Below the pieces are notes generated by a model that worked only from the letters and a program-made list of their open reading frames with translations, did no database searches and had not been told where the DNA came from. Below, in pieces: positions 39,587-50,195 of a DNA stretch of 64,000 nucleotides; the first letter of the stretch is position 1; every line of letters starts with the position of its first letter. This DNA is from Syntrophales bacterium (GTDB taxonomy: Bacteria > Desulfobacterota > Syntrophia > Syntrophales > UBA6807), in the NCBI GenBank assembly GCA_040767195.1, contig JAXGPA010000001.1, positions 768,001 to 832,000 on the forward strand, given 5' to 3'. The translations under genes were made by a program, and so were the position numbers.

Positions 39587-40618
39587 ATGCCGAAAACACT
39601 CAATGAGATCGCGTCGTACGTGGGAGGAACCGTTTCCGGAAACGGTGAGGTGGCCATTCGCCATATCCGGGGACTCCAGGAAGCGGGCCCGGGGGATCTG
39701 ACCTTTTTCACAAACCCCCGTTACCGACCCCAGCTTCAAAAAACAAAGGCTTCGGCCATTCTCGTTCCGTCGGGTACGGAGATTCCCGGGAAGACCCTCC
39801 TTCTCGCCGCCGACCCTTATGCCGCCTTTGCCAGGCTTCTTCGCCTCTTTTACCCGGAAAAAAAAGAAAAACCCCACGTCAGCGAGGACGCGTGGATCAG
39901 CCCGGGAAGTTTTGTCGACGGCGATGCCACCATCTATCCCGGTGTCTACATCGGCGAAAAGGCCCGGATCGGAAAGAGAGCCGTCCTCCATCCCGGCGTC
40001 GTCATCGGCGACGAGGCGGAGATCGGCGACGAATCCGTTCTCTATCCCAATGTCACCGTCTACAGGCGCTGCCGAATCGGCAAACGGGTCATCCTGCATG
40101 CAGGGGTGGTCGTCGGCAGTGACGGATTCGGGTTCGCCAACCCGGGGCGGGAAAACATCAAGGTTCCCCAGGCAGGCATCGTCCAGATCGACGACGACGT
40201 GGAAATAGGCGCCAATACGACCATCGACCGGGGAACGCTTGACAAGACCTGGATCAAGAGGGGCGTCAAGATAGACAACCTCGTCCAGATCGCACACAAT
40301 GTCGTCATCGACGAAAACTCCGTTATCGTCGCCCAGGTGGGCATATCGGGAAGCTCGAAACTGGGGAAGGGAGTGATCATCGGGGGACAGGTGGGCATCG
40401 TCGGCCATATCGAAATCGGCGATCACGTGATGGTGGCCGCCAAATCGGGGATCCACAAAAACGTGCCGGCCCTGCAGACCGTGTCGGGATACGTCCAGAT
40501 GCCCCACCAGGACTGGCTTCGAACCCTGGCCTGCTTCCCCAGGCTGCCCGACATGAGAAAAACACTGACGAGCCTCCAGAAACGGATCGAGGAACTGGAA
40601 GAAAAAACCAAATCCTGA
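39587..40618 (+). CDS. lpxD: UDP-3-O-acylglucosamine N-acyltransferase
   Basis: Hexapeptide repeats, GSDGFG, EIGANTTIDRG, KIDNLVQIAHNV; start 39563 or 39587. Confidence 0.95.
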   Translation: MPKTLNEIASYVGGTVSGNGEVAIRHIRGLQEAGPGDLTFFTNPRYRPQLQKTKASAILVPSGTEIPGKTLLLAADPYAAFARLLRLFYPEKKEKPHVSEDAWISPGSFVDGDATIYPGVYIGEKARIGKRAVLHPGVVIGDEAEIGDESVLYPNVTVYRRCRIGKRVILHAGVVVGSDGFGFANPGRENIKVPQAGIVQIDDDVEIGANTTIDRGTLDKTWIKRGVKIDNLVQIAHNVVIDENSVIVAQVGISGSSKLGKGVIIGGQVGIVGHIEIGDHVMVAAKSGIHKNVPALQTVSGYVQMPHQDWLRTLACFPRLPDMRKTLTSLQKRIEELEEKTKS

Positions 40619-40721
40619 TATGAAGAGCCCGGCTTCGAGGCTGCGGGAAGAGGAAGGCGATGCCGGCCGCTCTTCTTTCCCCGGCCTCTTGTTGTATACC
40701 CCAGGAAGGACTTGAAAACCC

Positions 40722-41495
40722 ATGAACATTCATTCAACGGCGATCATTTCAGACGGGGCCGTCCTCCACGAAACGGTGGAGGTCGGTCCCTATTCGATCA
40801 TCGGCGACGGCGTGACCATCGGAAAAAACACCCGCATCGGCCCCCATGTCGTCATCGAGGGAACCACGACGATCGGCGAAAACTGCCAAATTTTCCAGTT
40901 CGCCGCCATTGGCGCCCTTCCCCAGGACTTGAAATACCAAGGGGAAGACTGCCCCGTCGTCATCGGGAACAATAACATCATCCGGGAATTCGTGACCATC
41001 CACAAGAGCACCTCCGCGGACATCGCCCGGACGGTCATCGGAAACCAGAATCTCATCATGGCTTACTGCCACGTGGCCCACAACTGCAAACTCGGAAACG
41101 GCATCATTCTCGCCAACGGGGTCAACCTGGCCGGTCACATCCACATCGACGACCACGCCATCGTCGGGGGGATGTCAGGCATCCACCAGTTCACCCGGAT
41201 CGGCTCTCACGCCTTCATCGGCGGAGCATCGGCAGTGGCCCAGGACATACCGCCCTTCGTCAGCGCCGCGGGCAACCGGGCCAAGCTTTATGGACTGAAC
41301 CAGGTGGGACTCCGTCGCAGAGGATTCCCGGTCGAAACCATAGAGGCCCTCAAGAAGGCCTACCGGATCGTTTTCCGATCCTCCCTGCTTCTCTCGGAGG
41401 CCCTGGAGAAGGTAAAAAAAGAGGTGGCGCCCCTGCCGGAAGTAGAAGCCTTCGTTTCCTTTATTGAAAAAGCCCCCCGGGGAATCTGCCGTTAA
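40722..41495 (+). CDS. lpxA: Acyl-ACP--UDP-GlcNAc acyltransferase
   Basis: [41 protein letters not shown]. Confidence 0.95.
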   Translation: MNIHSTAIISDGAVLHETVEVGPYSIIGDGVTIGKNTRIGPHVVIEGTTTIGENCQIFQFAAIGALPQDLKYQGEDCPVVIGNNNIIREFVTIHKSTSADIARTVIGNQNLIMAYCHVAHNCKLGNGIILANGVNLAGHIHIDDHAIVGGMSGIHQFTRIGSHAFIGGASAVAQDIPPFVSAAGNRAKLYGLNQVGLRRRGFPVETIEALKKAYRIVFRSSLLLSEALEKVKKEVAPLPEVEAFVSFIEKAPRGICR

Positions 41496-41525
41496 CGGCC
41501 GCTCACCGGAAAGGCAGGCTGTTTC

Positions 41526-42488
41526 ATGAAAGAGAAAAAGCCGAAAGTCCGGACAGGAGTTGTCGGAATCGGTCATCTCGGAACCTATCACCTGCAGAAG
41601 TACAGCGGGATCGGTGAGTGCGTCCTGTCGGCCGTGGTGGACATCCTTCCCGAAAAAGCGGAAGCGGCGGGACGGGCGTATGGCTGCCCGTTTTTCACCG
41701 ATACCCGGGAACTCATCGGCCGTGTCGATGCCGTCAGCGTCACCGTTCCGACGGATAATCACCACGATGCCGCCCGGGAACTTCTCGCCGCCGGCATCGA
41801 TGTCCTCATGGAAAAGCCCCTCGCCGCAACCCTCGAGGAAGCAGACGATCTCATCGCCGAGGCGGAAAAATCGGGGGCCCTTCTCCAGGTCGGCCTCATC
41901 GAGCGATTCAACCCGGCCATCACCGCCCTGGACGGTATCATGAAAACACCGCTCTTCATCGAATCCCACCGCCTACACCCCTTCTTTCACAGGGGAACGG
42001 ATGTGGATGTCGTGCTGGATCTCATGATACACGACCTGGACATCGTCCTTCATTACGTCCCCTATCCCATCCGGGACGTGGAGGCCGTCGGGATCCCGGT
42101 CCTTTCCGACAAGATAGACATTGCCAACGCCCGGGTCACCTTCGAAAACGGCTGTGTCGCCAACATCACCGCAAGCCGGGTGACGGGAAAGAAAATGCAG
42201 AAGATCCGGTTTTTCGGTCCCGAGGGGTACCACTCGGTTGACTATGGAAAACGGGAACTGGTTTCCCTGGCCCGGAAAAGAGGCCCCGGGGGAAACGTTG
42301 AAATAACACCCAACGACGTCCGGATCGAGACATACGACCCTCTGGAGCGGGAAATCAGGGCCTTCGTTCACTCGGTGATCACCCGGGAACCGCCCGCCGT
42401 TTCCGGCCGGGAGGGCAGACGCTCCCTGGAACTGGCCTGCCTCATTCTGGAAAAGATGAAAACGGGAGAGGAGTATCTGAAACCATGA
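41526..42488 (+). CDS. gnnA: Gfo/Idh/MocA oxidoreductase, probable GnnA (UDP-GlcNAc 3-dehydrogenase)
   Basis: GIGHLG, EKP, ERFNP, DVDVVLDLMIHDLD, ASRV; located between lpxA and lpxB. Confidence 0.8.
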   Translation: MKEKKPKVRTGVVGIGHLGTYHLQKYSGIGECVLSAVVDILPEKAEAAGRAYGCPFFTDTRELIGRVDAVSVTVPTDNHHDAARELLAAGIDVLMEKPLAATLEEADDLIAEAEKSGALLQVGLIERFNPAITALDGIMKTPLFIESHRLHPFFHRGTDVDVVLDLMIHDLDIVLHYVPYPIRDVEAVGIPVLSDKIDIANARVTFENGCVANITASRVTGKKMQKIRFFGPEGYHSVDYGKRELVSLARKRGPGGNVEITPNDVRIETYDPLEREIRAFVHSVITREPPAVSGREGRRSLELACLILEKMKTGEEYLKP

Positions 42489-43576
42489 TCCCCATGGTGA
42501 ACCTGAAAAGACAATACGAATTGCTGAAGGGGGAAATGGACCGGGCCGTTCTGGGCGTCCTGGACAGGGGACAGTTCATCCTCGGAGAAAACGTGTCCCT
42601 CCTGGAACAGGAAATCGCCGACTATCACGGGACATCCCACGGCATCGGCGTGGCCAACGGAACGGACGCTCTTCTTCTCGCCCTTCGGGCCTGCGGTATC
42701 GGCCAAGGCGACGAGATCATCACGACGCCCTTCACCTTCATCGCCACGGCCGAGGTGATCGCCCAGGTCGGCGCCGTTCCCGTCTTTGTCGACATCGAGA
42801 GGGACACCTTCAACCTGGATACCGGAAAAATCGAGGAAAGGATCACCCCGCGAACCCGGGCCATCCTCCCCGTGCACCTTTTCGGCCACCCCGCGGAGAT
42901 GGACCCCATCCTCGACCTGGCCAAGGCCTACAGTCTCCGGGTCATCGAGGACTGCGCCCAGGCCTTCGGCGCCCAGTACAAAGGAAAAAAGGTTGGATCT
43001 TTCGGAGATTTAGGCTGTTTCAGCTTTTTCCCGAGCAAGAATCTTGCCTGCTACGGCGACGGCGGCATGGTCATCACCGGTGACGACGATCTGGCAAAAA
43101 CGGTCCGCATGCTCAGGAATCACGGCACATCGGTGAAATACCATCACAGCCTGCTGGGGTACAACAGCCGTCTTGACGAGATACAGGCCGCCATTCTCCG
43201 GGTGAAGCTCCCGAGAATCGACGCCTGGAACGAAGCCCGTCGAAAAAATGCCCGATCCTACGGAAAAGGGATACACCGCGAGGGAATTAAAACGCCCGAA
43301 GCCAGGTCCCACGTGTCCCCCGTCTATCATCAGTACACCCTGCGCTGTACGGACCGGGAGAATGTCGCCCAGGCCCTTCAGGAGGCGGGCGTCGCCACAG
43401 CCGTTTACTACCCGGTCCCCCTCCACCGACAGGAGGTTTTCGCCTACCTGCCCGACGGTGGTAAACTCGAGGAAAGTGAAACGGCCTCGCGATGCGTTCT
43501 GTCCCTCCCCATGTGTCCTCAGCTGACGGAAGAGGAAATCGGAAAGATCTGCCATGTCATCAACGAGATCCCCTGA
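42485..43576 (+). CDS. gnnB: DegT/DnrJ/EryC1/StrS aminotransferase, probable GnnB
   Basis: NGTDAL, PVHLFG, EDCAQA, SFFPSKNL, GDGG, NSRLDEIQAA; overlaps gnnA and lpxB. Confidence 0.8.
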   Translation: MIPMVNLKRQYELLKGEMDRAVLGVLDRGQFILGENVSLLEQEIADYHGTSHGIGVANGTDALLLALRACGIGQGDEIITTPFTFIATAEVIAQVGAVPVFVDIERDTFNLDTGKIEERITPRTRAILPVHLFGHPAEMDPILDLAKAYSLRVIEDCAQAFGAQYKGKKVGSFGDLGCFSFFPSKNLACYGDGGMVITGDDDLAKTVRMLRNHGTSVKYHHSLLGYNSRLDEIQAAILRVKLPRIDAWNEARRKNARSYGKGIHREGIKTPEARSHVSPVYHQYTLRCTDRENVAQALQEAGVATAVYYPVPLHRQEVFAYLPDGGKLEESETASRCVLSLPMCPQLTEEEIGKICHVINEIP

Positions 43577-44729
43577 CACCTCCCCGGCATCACATGGCGG
43601 AAAAAAGGTTCTTATCGTGGCCGGCGAAGCCTCGGGAGACCTCCATGGATCCAGCCTGGTCCGGGAAATGCGGACGCTAAGACCTTCCCTTCGGTTCTAC
43701 GGAATCGGCGGAGAACGGATGAAAAAAGCCGGGGTCGACCTGGTGGCCGCCTCCGCCGACATGGCCGTCGTCGGGCTTACCGAGGTCGTCGGGAAGCTTC
43801 CTTTCATCCTGGGAATCCTGAAACGGCTGAAAGCCTCCCTGGTGACGGAAAAGCCGGACCTGGTCATCCTCATCGACTATCCCGACTTCAATCTCCCCCT
43901 TGCCCGGTGGGCCTGCCGAAAGGGAATCCCCGTCTTTTACTACATCAGTCCGCAGGTCTGGGCCTGGCGGCGGCGCAGAGTGAAGAAAATCAAAAAATAC
44001 GTGCGCCGCATGGCCGTCATTCTCCCTTTCGAAAAGGCCCTTTACGAGGAGGCGGGCATGCCGGACGTTCACTTCGCCGGGCACCCTCTCCTGGATGTGG
44101 TGAAATCGAGCTTTTCACCTGAGGAAATCCGTCGACGCCTTGAAGTGAAAGAGAAACAACATCTTGTCGCCCTTCTCCCGGGGAGCCGGACGGGAGAGGT
44201 GAAAACGCTCCTTCCCGTGATGATCGAAACGGCCCGGCGTCTCAAGGCGCATCTGCCCGATCTCGTGTTTGCCGTCCCCCTGGCCGAAACGGTGCCGGAA
44301 CGGGTGGTCTCGGACATCATCGGAAAGCCGGAAATCCCTGTCCGTGTCATCCCCAATCATGTTTATGACCTGCTGGCGGTGGCCGACGGGGCCCTGGTGG
44401 CATCGGGCACGGCAACGCTCGAGACGGCTCTCATGGGAACCCCCATGGCGGTCCTGTACCGGGTCTCCCCCATTTCCTACTTCATCGGCCGGCTGGTCAT
44501 CCGGATCCGCTCCATCGCTCTTGTCAACATCGTCGCCGGAAGGACCATCGTTCCCGAATTCATTCAAAAACAGGCGGAACCGGAAGCCATGTCCCGGGCA
44601 CTCCTGAAAATCCTCACCGACAGCACCGTCAGAAAAAGGATGTCTGATGATCTGAGAACCCTGCGGGAGAAGCTGGGAGAACCGGGCGCGGGAAAACGGG
44701 TTGCACAACTGGCCCTGGATCTTCTATAA
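43554..44729 (+). CDS. lpxB: Lipid-A-disaccharide synthase
   Basis: AGEASGDLHG, IDYPDFN, SPQVWAWR, LLPGSR, SGTATLE. Confidence 0.95.
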   Translation: MSSTRSPDTSPASHGGKKVLIVAGEASGDLHGSSLVREMRTLRPSLRFYGIGGERMKKAGVDLVAASADMAVVGLTEVVGKLPFILGILKRLKASLVTEKPDLVILIDYPDFNLPLARWACRKGIPVFYYISPQVWAWRRRRVKKIKKYVRRMAVILPFEKALYEEAGMPDVHFAGHPLLDVVKSSFSPEEIRRRLEVKEKQHLVALLPGSRTGEVKTLLPVMIETARRLKAHLPDLVFAVPLAETVPERVVSDIIGKPEIPVRVIPNHVYDLLAVADGALVASGTATLETALMGTPMAVLYRVSPISYFIGRLVIRIRSIALVNIVAGRTIVPEFIQKQAEPEAMSRALLKILTDSTVRKRMSDDLRTLREKLGEPGAGKRVAQLALDLL

Positions 44730-44800
44730 GTAGAAAAGTCTTCCAGGACCGCTCGTTGCGATAAAAAAAGTTTCTCACTGTAACGGGAAGGCATTTTTTC

Positions 44801-46546
44801 ATGACCGTTTTCAGACGCCTCCTCAGACTGGCCACACCACACACGGGGAAGTTTCTCATCGCCCTCGTTCTCATGCTCGTCGTCGGCCTCACCACGGCGG
44901 CCCTGGCCTTCCTTGTCAAACCCGCCCTGGACGACATTTTCTTCCAGAAAAAGGCTGCCATGCTCTACCTCATCCCCCTGGCCATCCTGGCCATCTACTT
45001 CGTCAAGGGGATCTGCACCTACGGCCAGGCCGTCCTCATGAACTACATCGGGCAGAGAATCGTCATGGATCTCAGGAACGATCTCTACAACCACATCCAC
45101 CGCCAGTCCCTGGCCTTCTTTCACAAAAACCCCACGGGCATGCTCATGTCCCGGATCACCAACGACGTCACCCTCATTCAGAGCGCTGTCTCGGAGGCCC
45201 TGACGAGCCTCCTGAAAGACTCCTTTTCCCTCATCGGGCTTGTTTTCGTCATCTTCTACAGGGATTGGAAACTCGCCATCATCGCCGCCTTCGTCTTCCC
45301 GCTGACGATTTATCCCATCGCCAAGTTCGGCGAGAAACTGCGGAAGGTGGCCACGGGCACCCAGGTGACCCTGGGAAGCCTGTCCAACCTCCTCCAGGAA
45401 ACCATCTCGGGCATCCGAATCGTCAAGGCCTTCGGGATGGAACGTTACGAGGGAAAGCGTTTCGGCCGGGAAAACGAGGAGCTTTTCCACCTTTTCATGA
45501 AATCGGCCTCCATCAGGGCCGTCTCGGGACCTTTCATGGAATTCCTCGGCGGCCTCGGCATCGCCGCCATCGTCTTCTACGGCGGGTACCAGGTCATCCA
45601 GGGCACTTCCACACCGGGAACGTTCTTTTCCTTCCTGACGGCCCTCATCATGCTTTACGAGCCGGTGAAACGCCTCACCAACGTGAACAACACGATACAG
45701 CAGGGAATCGCCGGCGCCGCCCGGGTCTTCGAGATTCTCGACATGGAGCCGGACATCGCGAATGCCGAAGGAGCCGTCCCCCTGCCCCCCGTCCGGGGGG
45801 AAATCCGCCTGGAAAACGTTTCCTTCCGATACGAGGAAGCCCCGGTCCTGAAAAACATCAACCTGGCCATCCGGCCCGGTGAAATCGTGGCCTTCGTGGG
45901 ATCCAGCGGTGCCGGCAAGACGACCCTGGCCAATCTCATTCCCCGGTTCTATGACATCACCGAGGGCCGGATCCTCCTGGACGGCCTGGACATCCGGACG
46001 GTGACCCTGGAATCCTTGCGGACCCAGATCGCCATGGTGACCCAGCAGACCATCCTTTTCAACGACACGGTGAGAAACAATATCGCGTACGGGGATGTCG
46101 GGAAAGACGACGACGCCGTCATCGAGGCCGCCCGGGCGGCAAACGCCCATCACTTCATCGAACAGCTCCCCGAGGGATACGACACCATGATCGGCGAGCA
46201 GGGGGTCCGCCTTTCCGGGGGGGAACGGCAGCGGCTCACCATCGCCCGGGCCATCCTGAGGGACGCCCCTGTCCTCATCCTCGACGAAGCCACCTCCTCC
46301 CTGGACACGGAATCGGAAAGGGAAGTCCAGGTGGCCATAGACAACCTCATGCGGGGCCGGACGACCCTGGTCATCGCCCACCGGTTGTCCACCATCCAGC
46401 ATGCCGACAGGATCTGCGTTCTCGCCGGAGGCCGCATTGTCGAGGAAGGAACCCACGAAGAACTCCTCCAGAAGGAAGGCGAGTACAGCCGCCTTTACAC
46501 TCTCCAGTTCCGGGAACCGAAAGAAGGCCTGGCGGCGGGAATCTGA
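44801..46546 (+). CDS. msbA: Lipid A export ABC transporter
   Basis: 6-TM domain plus GSSGAGKTT, LSGGERQR, LDEATSSLD, IAHRLST; in lipid A operon. Confidence 0.92.
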   Translation: MTVFRRLLRLATPHTGKFLIALVLMLVVGLTTAALAFLVKPALDDIFFQKKAAMLYLIPLAILAIYFVKGICTYGQAVLMNYIGQRIVMDLRNDLYNHIHRQSLAFFHKNPTGMLMSRITNDVTLIQSAVSEALTSLLKDSFSLIGLVFVIFYRDWKLAIIAAFVFPLTIYPIAKFGEKLRKVATGTQVTLGSLSNLLQETISGIRIVKAFGMERYEGKRFGRENEELFHLFMKSASIRAVSGPFMEFLGGLGIAAIVFYGGYQVIQGTSTPGTFFSFLTALIMLYEPVKRLTNVNNTIQQGIAGAARVFEILDMEPDIANAEGAVPLPPVRGEIRLENVSFRYEEAPVLKNINLAIRPGEIVAFVGSSGAGKTTLANLIPRFYDITEGRILLDGLDIRTVTLESLRTQIAMVTQQTILFNDTVRNNIAYGDVGKDDDAVIEAARAANAHHFIEQLPEGYDTMIGEQGVRLSGGERQRLTIARAILRDAPVLILDEATSSLDTESEREVQVAIDNLMRGRTTLVIAHRLSTIQHADRICVLAGGRIVEEGTHEELLQKEGEYSRLYTLQFREPKEGLAAGI

Positions 46547-46574
46547 AAAGGCGGGAGAAAAGGCTTTTCGAAGC

Positions 46575-47681
46575 ATGAGACGACAGGTATGGAAAGACCA
46601 TGGTATCCAGGCGACCGCCTCCCCCGGAACGGGCGGTTCGCCTTCCCGGTCCCTGATGACCCTGCTCCGCGGCCTGTCTCTCCTTTACGAGGGAACCGTC
46701 CGGTATCGGAACCGCCTCTATGACGGGAAAATCCTTCACCCGGTGAGGCTTCCCCGCCCGGTGGTGTGCGTGGGAAATCTCACCACCGGGGGGACGGGCA
46801 AAACGCCCATGATCCTCCATCTCGCCCGTTTCTACCAGGACCGGGGATACCGGCCGGCGGTGATAAGCCGGGGCTATGGAAGCCGGGGAGCGAACCGGGT
46901 GAACGTCGTTTCCGACGGAAAGGCGGTCCTTCTCGACCCGGACAGGGCGGGTGACGAGCCGTATCTCATGGCCCGGTTCCTGGGGAACGTCCCCGTCGTC
47001 ACCGGGGCGAAACGGGTCGAGGCGGGATACGAGGCCCTGAAACGGTTCCGGCCGGACATTCTGCTCCTAGACGACGGGTTCCAGCACCGAAAGATCGGAC
47101 GGGACCTCGACATTCTTCTCATGGACGAGAAATCCCCCTTCGGCAACGGCCATCTGCTTCCCCGGGGGATACTCCGGGAGCCCCCGGAAAGTCTCTCCCG
47201 GGCGGACGCCATCATTCTGACAGGAGCCGGGGAAACAGGAGGGGCACCGGTGGCCACCGATCCCCGGATTCCCGGTGAAAAACCTCTTTTCCGGGCCCAC
47301 CGGAAAGGGGAATCCTTCATCCGCGGGAGGGAAAACATCCGCCGCCCCCTGGCGGATTTCAGGGGAAAACCCCTGGTGGCCTTTTCGGGAATCGCCGCCC
47401 CCCGGTCCTTTCACAGGATGCTGACCCAAATTTCGGGAAGCGCCCCGGCCTGCATCACGTTTCCGGACCATCACCGGTACACCCGGCAGGATGTGGACCG
47501 ACTCCGCCGGGTCGCCGGCCGCGTTCCCGGGGCCGTCCTCGTCACCACGGAAAAGGACGGCGTCAGACTGGAAAAATTCCCCGATTTCCATGAAGAATGC
47601 CATCGTCTCCGGATCGTCATGACCCTCGATGACGGAAACGAGGCCTTTGAAGACCTGCTCCTGGGGGTTCTGTCATCGTGA
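46575..47681 (+). CDS. lpxK: Tetraacyldisaccharide 4'-kinase
   Basis: VGNLTTGGTGKTP, SRGYG, GDEP, LDDGFQH, LLPRG.LRE, FPDHH, TTEKD. Confidence 0.95.
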   Translation: MRRQVWKDHGIQATASPGTGGSPSRSLMTLLRGLSLLYEGTVRYRNRLYDGKILHPVRLPRPVVCVGNLTTGGTGKTPMILHLARFYQDRGYRPAVISRGYGSRGANRVNVVSDGKAVLLDPDRAGDEPYLMARFLGNVPVVTGAKRVEAGYEALKRFRPDILLLDDGFQHRKIGRDLDILLMDEKSPFGNGHLLPRGILREPPESLSRADAIILTGAGETGGAPVATDPRIPGEKPLFRAHRKGESFIRGRENIRRPLADFRGKPLVAFSGIAAPRSFHRMLTQISGSAPACITFPDHHRYTRQDVDRLRRVAGRVPGAVLVTTEKDGVRLEKFPDFHEECHRLRIVMTLDDGNEAFEDLLLGVLSS

Positions 47682-48562
47682 CCATGACCCGTTCGACCCG
47701 ATTCATCCTCCTCACCTTCCGGGTTTTGCCCCTGCGGGCACGGAAAAAATTTTTCCGGGCCCTGTTTCTCCTTTATTACCGGTTTTCCCCGCGGCACCGG
47801 CTCATCACCCTCAATAATCTCCTGCGGGCTTTTCCGGAAAAAGGGACCGGCGAAATCTCCCGGATCGGGAGAAGCGTTTTCCGTAACATGGGCACCGTGG
47901 CAGCCGAATTCTTCGAAATCCCGACCTACCAGCCGGGCGAACTGCCCCCCGGGGTGATATTCACGGGCCGGGAATACTACGAGAATGCCCTGGCCAGGGG
48001 GAAGGGCTGCCTCTTTTTCACCGGCCATCTGGGCAACTGGGAACTCATGTCTGTGGCCATGGGCTTCGTGGGCATTCACGCCAACATCGTCTACCGCCGC
48101 CTCGACAACCCCGTGCTGGAAAATGTGGTCCTCTGGTTCCGAAGCATCACGGGACACCGGATGATCCCCAAGGGGGGCGCATCGGAAGCCATCCGGTCGC
48201 TCCTCAGGAACAACCAGGCGGTGGCCATTCTCATGGACCAGAACGTCGCCTGGCGTGAAGGGGTCTTCGTTAATTTCTTCGGACGCCCCGCCGCTACGAC
48301 CCGGGGCGTGGCCGGTTTCGCCCTGGACACGGGCGCCGCCGTCGTCCCAGCCCTCAATGTCCGGCAGGCCGATGGAACCTATCACGTCATCATGGGGCCG
48401 GAGATCCCCGTCACCCGCACAGGCGACCGGAAGCGAGACCTCGTGGAAAACACCCAGGCCTTCACATCCTACCTGGAAGGGTTCATCCGCCAATACCCCG
48501 ACCAGTGGTTCTGGCCGCACCAGCGCTGGAAGACAAAGCCTTACGAGGTCACGGCATGGTGA
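47678..48562 (+). CDS. lpxL: Lipid A secondary acyltransferase (LpxL/HtrB family)
   Basis: HLGNWE, DQN, FFGRPA, PDQWFWPHQRWK. Confidence 0.9.
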   Translation: MTMTRSTRFILLTFRVLPLRARKKFFRALFLLYYRFSPRHRLITLNNLLRAFPEKGTGEISRIGRSVFRNMGTVAAEFFEIPTYQPGELPPGVIFTGREYYENALARGKGCLFFTGHLGNWELMSVAMGFVGIHANIVYRRLDNPVLENVVLWFRSITGHRMIPKGGASEAIRSLLRNNQAVAILMDQNVAWREGVFVNFFGRPAATTRGVAGFALDTGAAVVPALNVRQADGTYHVIMGPEIPVTRTGDRKRDLVENTQAFTSYLEGFIRQYPDQWFWPHQRWKTKPYEVTAW

Positions 48563-49638
48563 AACGGACGCATCCCGGAACCGTTCCCTTCGCCGATCTC
48601 GAGCGGATTCTCGTCCGCGGAACAAACTGGATCGGAGACGTGGTCATGACCCTTCCGGCCCTCCGGGCCATCCGCAAAAGCGCCCCACGGGCCCGGATCA
48701 CCATTCTCGTGAAACCCTGGGTGGCCGATCTCTTCGACCTGTGCCCCGACGTGGACGAGGTCATGATCTATGAAGCCCCGGGCATCCATGAAGGCCTCCC
48801 GGGAAAATGGCGGCTCGCCCGTTCTCTCGCAGAGAAAGACTTTCAGGCGGCCGTTCTTCTCCAGAACGCCTTCGAGGCGGCCCTCATCGCCCGCCTTGCC
48901 GGAATCCCCATCCGGGCGGGATACGGAACCGACGGAAGAAGGCTGCTTCTGACCCACCCGGTGAAACGGGAAAGGGCGATCCTGAAACGCCACCAGATCC
49001 ACTATTACCTGGAAATGATCAAGGCCCTGGGCGGCCGGGGGGATGCCGGCCCGACGGTCCGGCTTTTCCCGGGACAGGACGCGGGTGCCGAAACCCGTGA
49101 GATTCTTCGGGCACACGGCATGACCGAGGAGATGCCCCTGCTGGGCATCGCCCCCGGAGCGACCTATGGACCTGCAAAAATGTGGTTCGCCGAACGGTAC
49201 GCCGCCGTGGCGGACCGTCTCGCCGACGAATACGGCCTCAAGACCGTCCTTTTCGGCAGCGGGGCGGACAGGCCCGTGGCCGAACGGGTGGCCGGGGCCG
49301 GGCGGCATTCCATGATCAACCTGGCGGGATCGACGTCCCTGAGAGAGGCGATGGCGGTCATCTCCCGCTGCCGGCTCTTCCTTTCCAACGACTCGGGCCT
49401 CATGCACCTGGCCGGGGCCTTCGGGATCCCGCTGGTTGCCGTTTTCGGATCCACCAATCCCCGAACCACCTCTCCCGTGGGGGAAAAAAGCGTGGTCATC
49501 ACGAAGAACGTCTCCTGCAGCCCCTGCCTGAAAAAAACCTGCCCCACCGATTTCCGGTGCATGAAAGAAATCACGGAGGAAGACGTGCATGAGGCGGCGG
49601 CCTCCCTGCTGAACCACGAGGAGGACTTCCCGGCATGA
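48556..49638 (+). CDS. waaF: ADP-heptose:LPS heptosyltransferase II (GT9)
   Basis: NWIGDVVM, PGATYGPAKMW, NDSGLMH, FGSTNP. Confidence 0.9.
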   Translation: MVKRTHPGTVPFADLERILVRGTNWIGDVVMTLPALRAIRKSAPRARITILVKPWVADLFDLCPDVDEVMIYEAPGIHEGLPGKWRLARSLAEKDFQAAVLLQNAFEAALIARLAGIPIRAGYGTDGRRLLLTHPVKRERAILKRHQIHYYLEMIKALGGRGDAGPTVRLFPGQDAGAETREILRAHGMTEEMPLLGIAPGATYGPAKMWFAERYAAVADRLADEYGLKTVLFGSGADRPVAERVAGAGRHSMINLAGSTSLREAMAVISRCRLFLSNDSGLMHLAGAFGIPLVAVFGSTNPRTTSPVGEKSVVITKNVSCSPCLKKTCPTDFRCMKEITEEDVHEAAASLLNHEEDFPA

Positions 49639-50195
49639 GCGGTAACGGCGCGGTATTTCTTGACCGGGACGGGACGATCCACGAGGAAGTCGGCTATCTG
49701 AACCGGCTGGAACAGCTGAAGCTCTTTCCCGGGACGGCGGAAGCCGTCGCCCTCATCCATGAAATGGGACGGAAAGCCGTGGTGGTGACGAACCAGTCCG
49801 GCGTGGCCCGAGGCTTTTTCGACGAGGGGTTCCTTCACGAAGTGCACGGGGAAATAAACGCGAGGCTGGAAAAGGAAGGAACGCGAATCGACGCCTTTTA
49901 CTACTGTCCCCACCACCCTCAGTTCGGCACCCCTCCTTACAGAAAAGACTGCGACTGCAGAAAGCCGAACCCGGGCCTTTTCTTCAGGGCCGCCGCCGAC
50001 CTGGGAATCGACCTTCACCGGTCCTACATGATCGGTGACATGCTGAAGGACATGGAGGCGGCCCGACACGCCGGCGTCGGGGGCATCCTGGTCAGGACGG
50101 GTTACGGTGCCAACATCCTCCGGGCCGACCGGGTCCTTTACAGGGCCGACGATATCCTCGACGCTGTCCGGTGGATCCGGGAAAGGGAATCATGA
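49635..50195 (+). CDS. gmhB: D,D-heptose 1,7-bisphosphate phosphatase
   Basis: FLDRDGT, TNQSG, CPHHP...CDCRKP, MIGD. Confidence 0.93.
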   Translation: MSGNGAVFLDRDGTIHEEVGYLNRLEQLKLFPGTAEAVALIHEMGRKAVVVTNQSGVARGFFDEGFLHEVHGEINARLEKEGTRIDAFYYCPHHPQFGTPPYRKDCDCRKPNPGLFFRAAADLGIDLHRSYMIGDMLKDMEAARHAGVGGILVRTGYGANILRADRVLYRADDILDAVRWIRERES

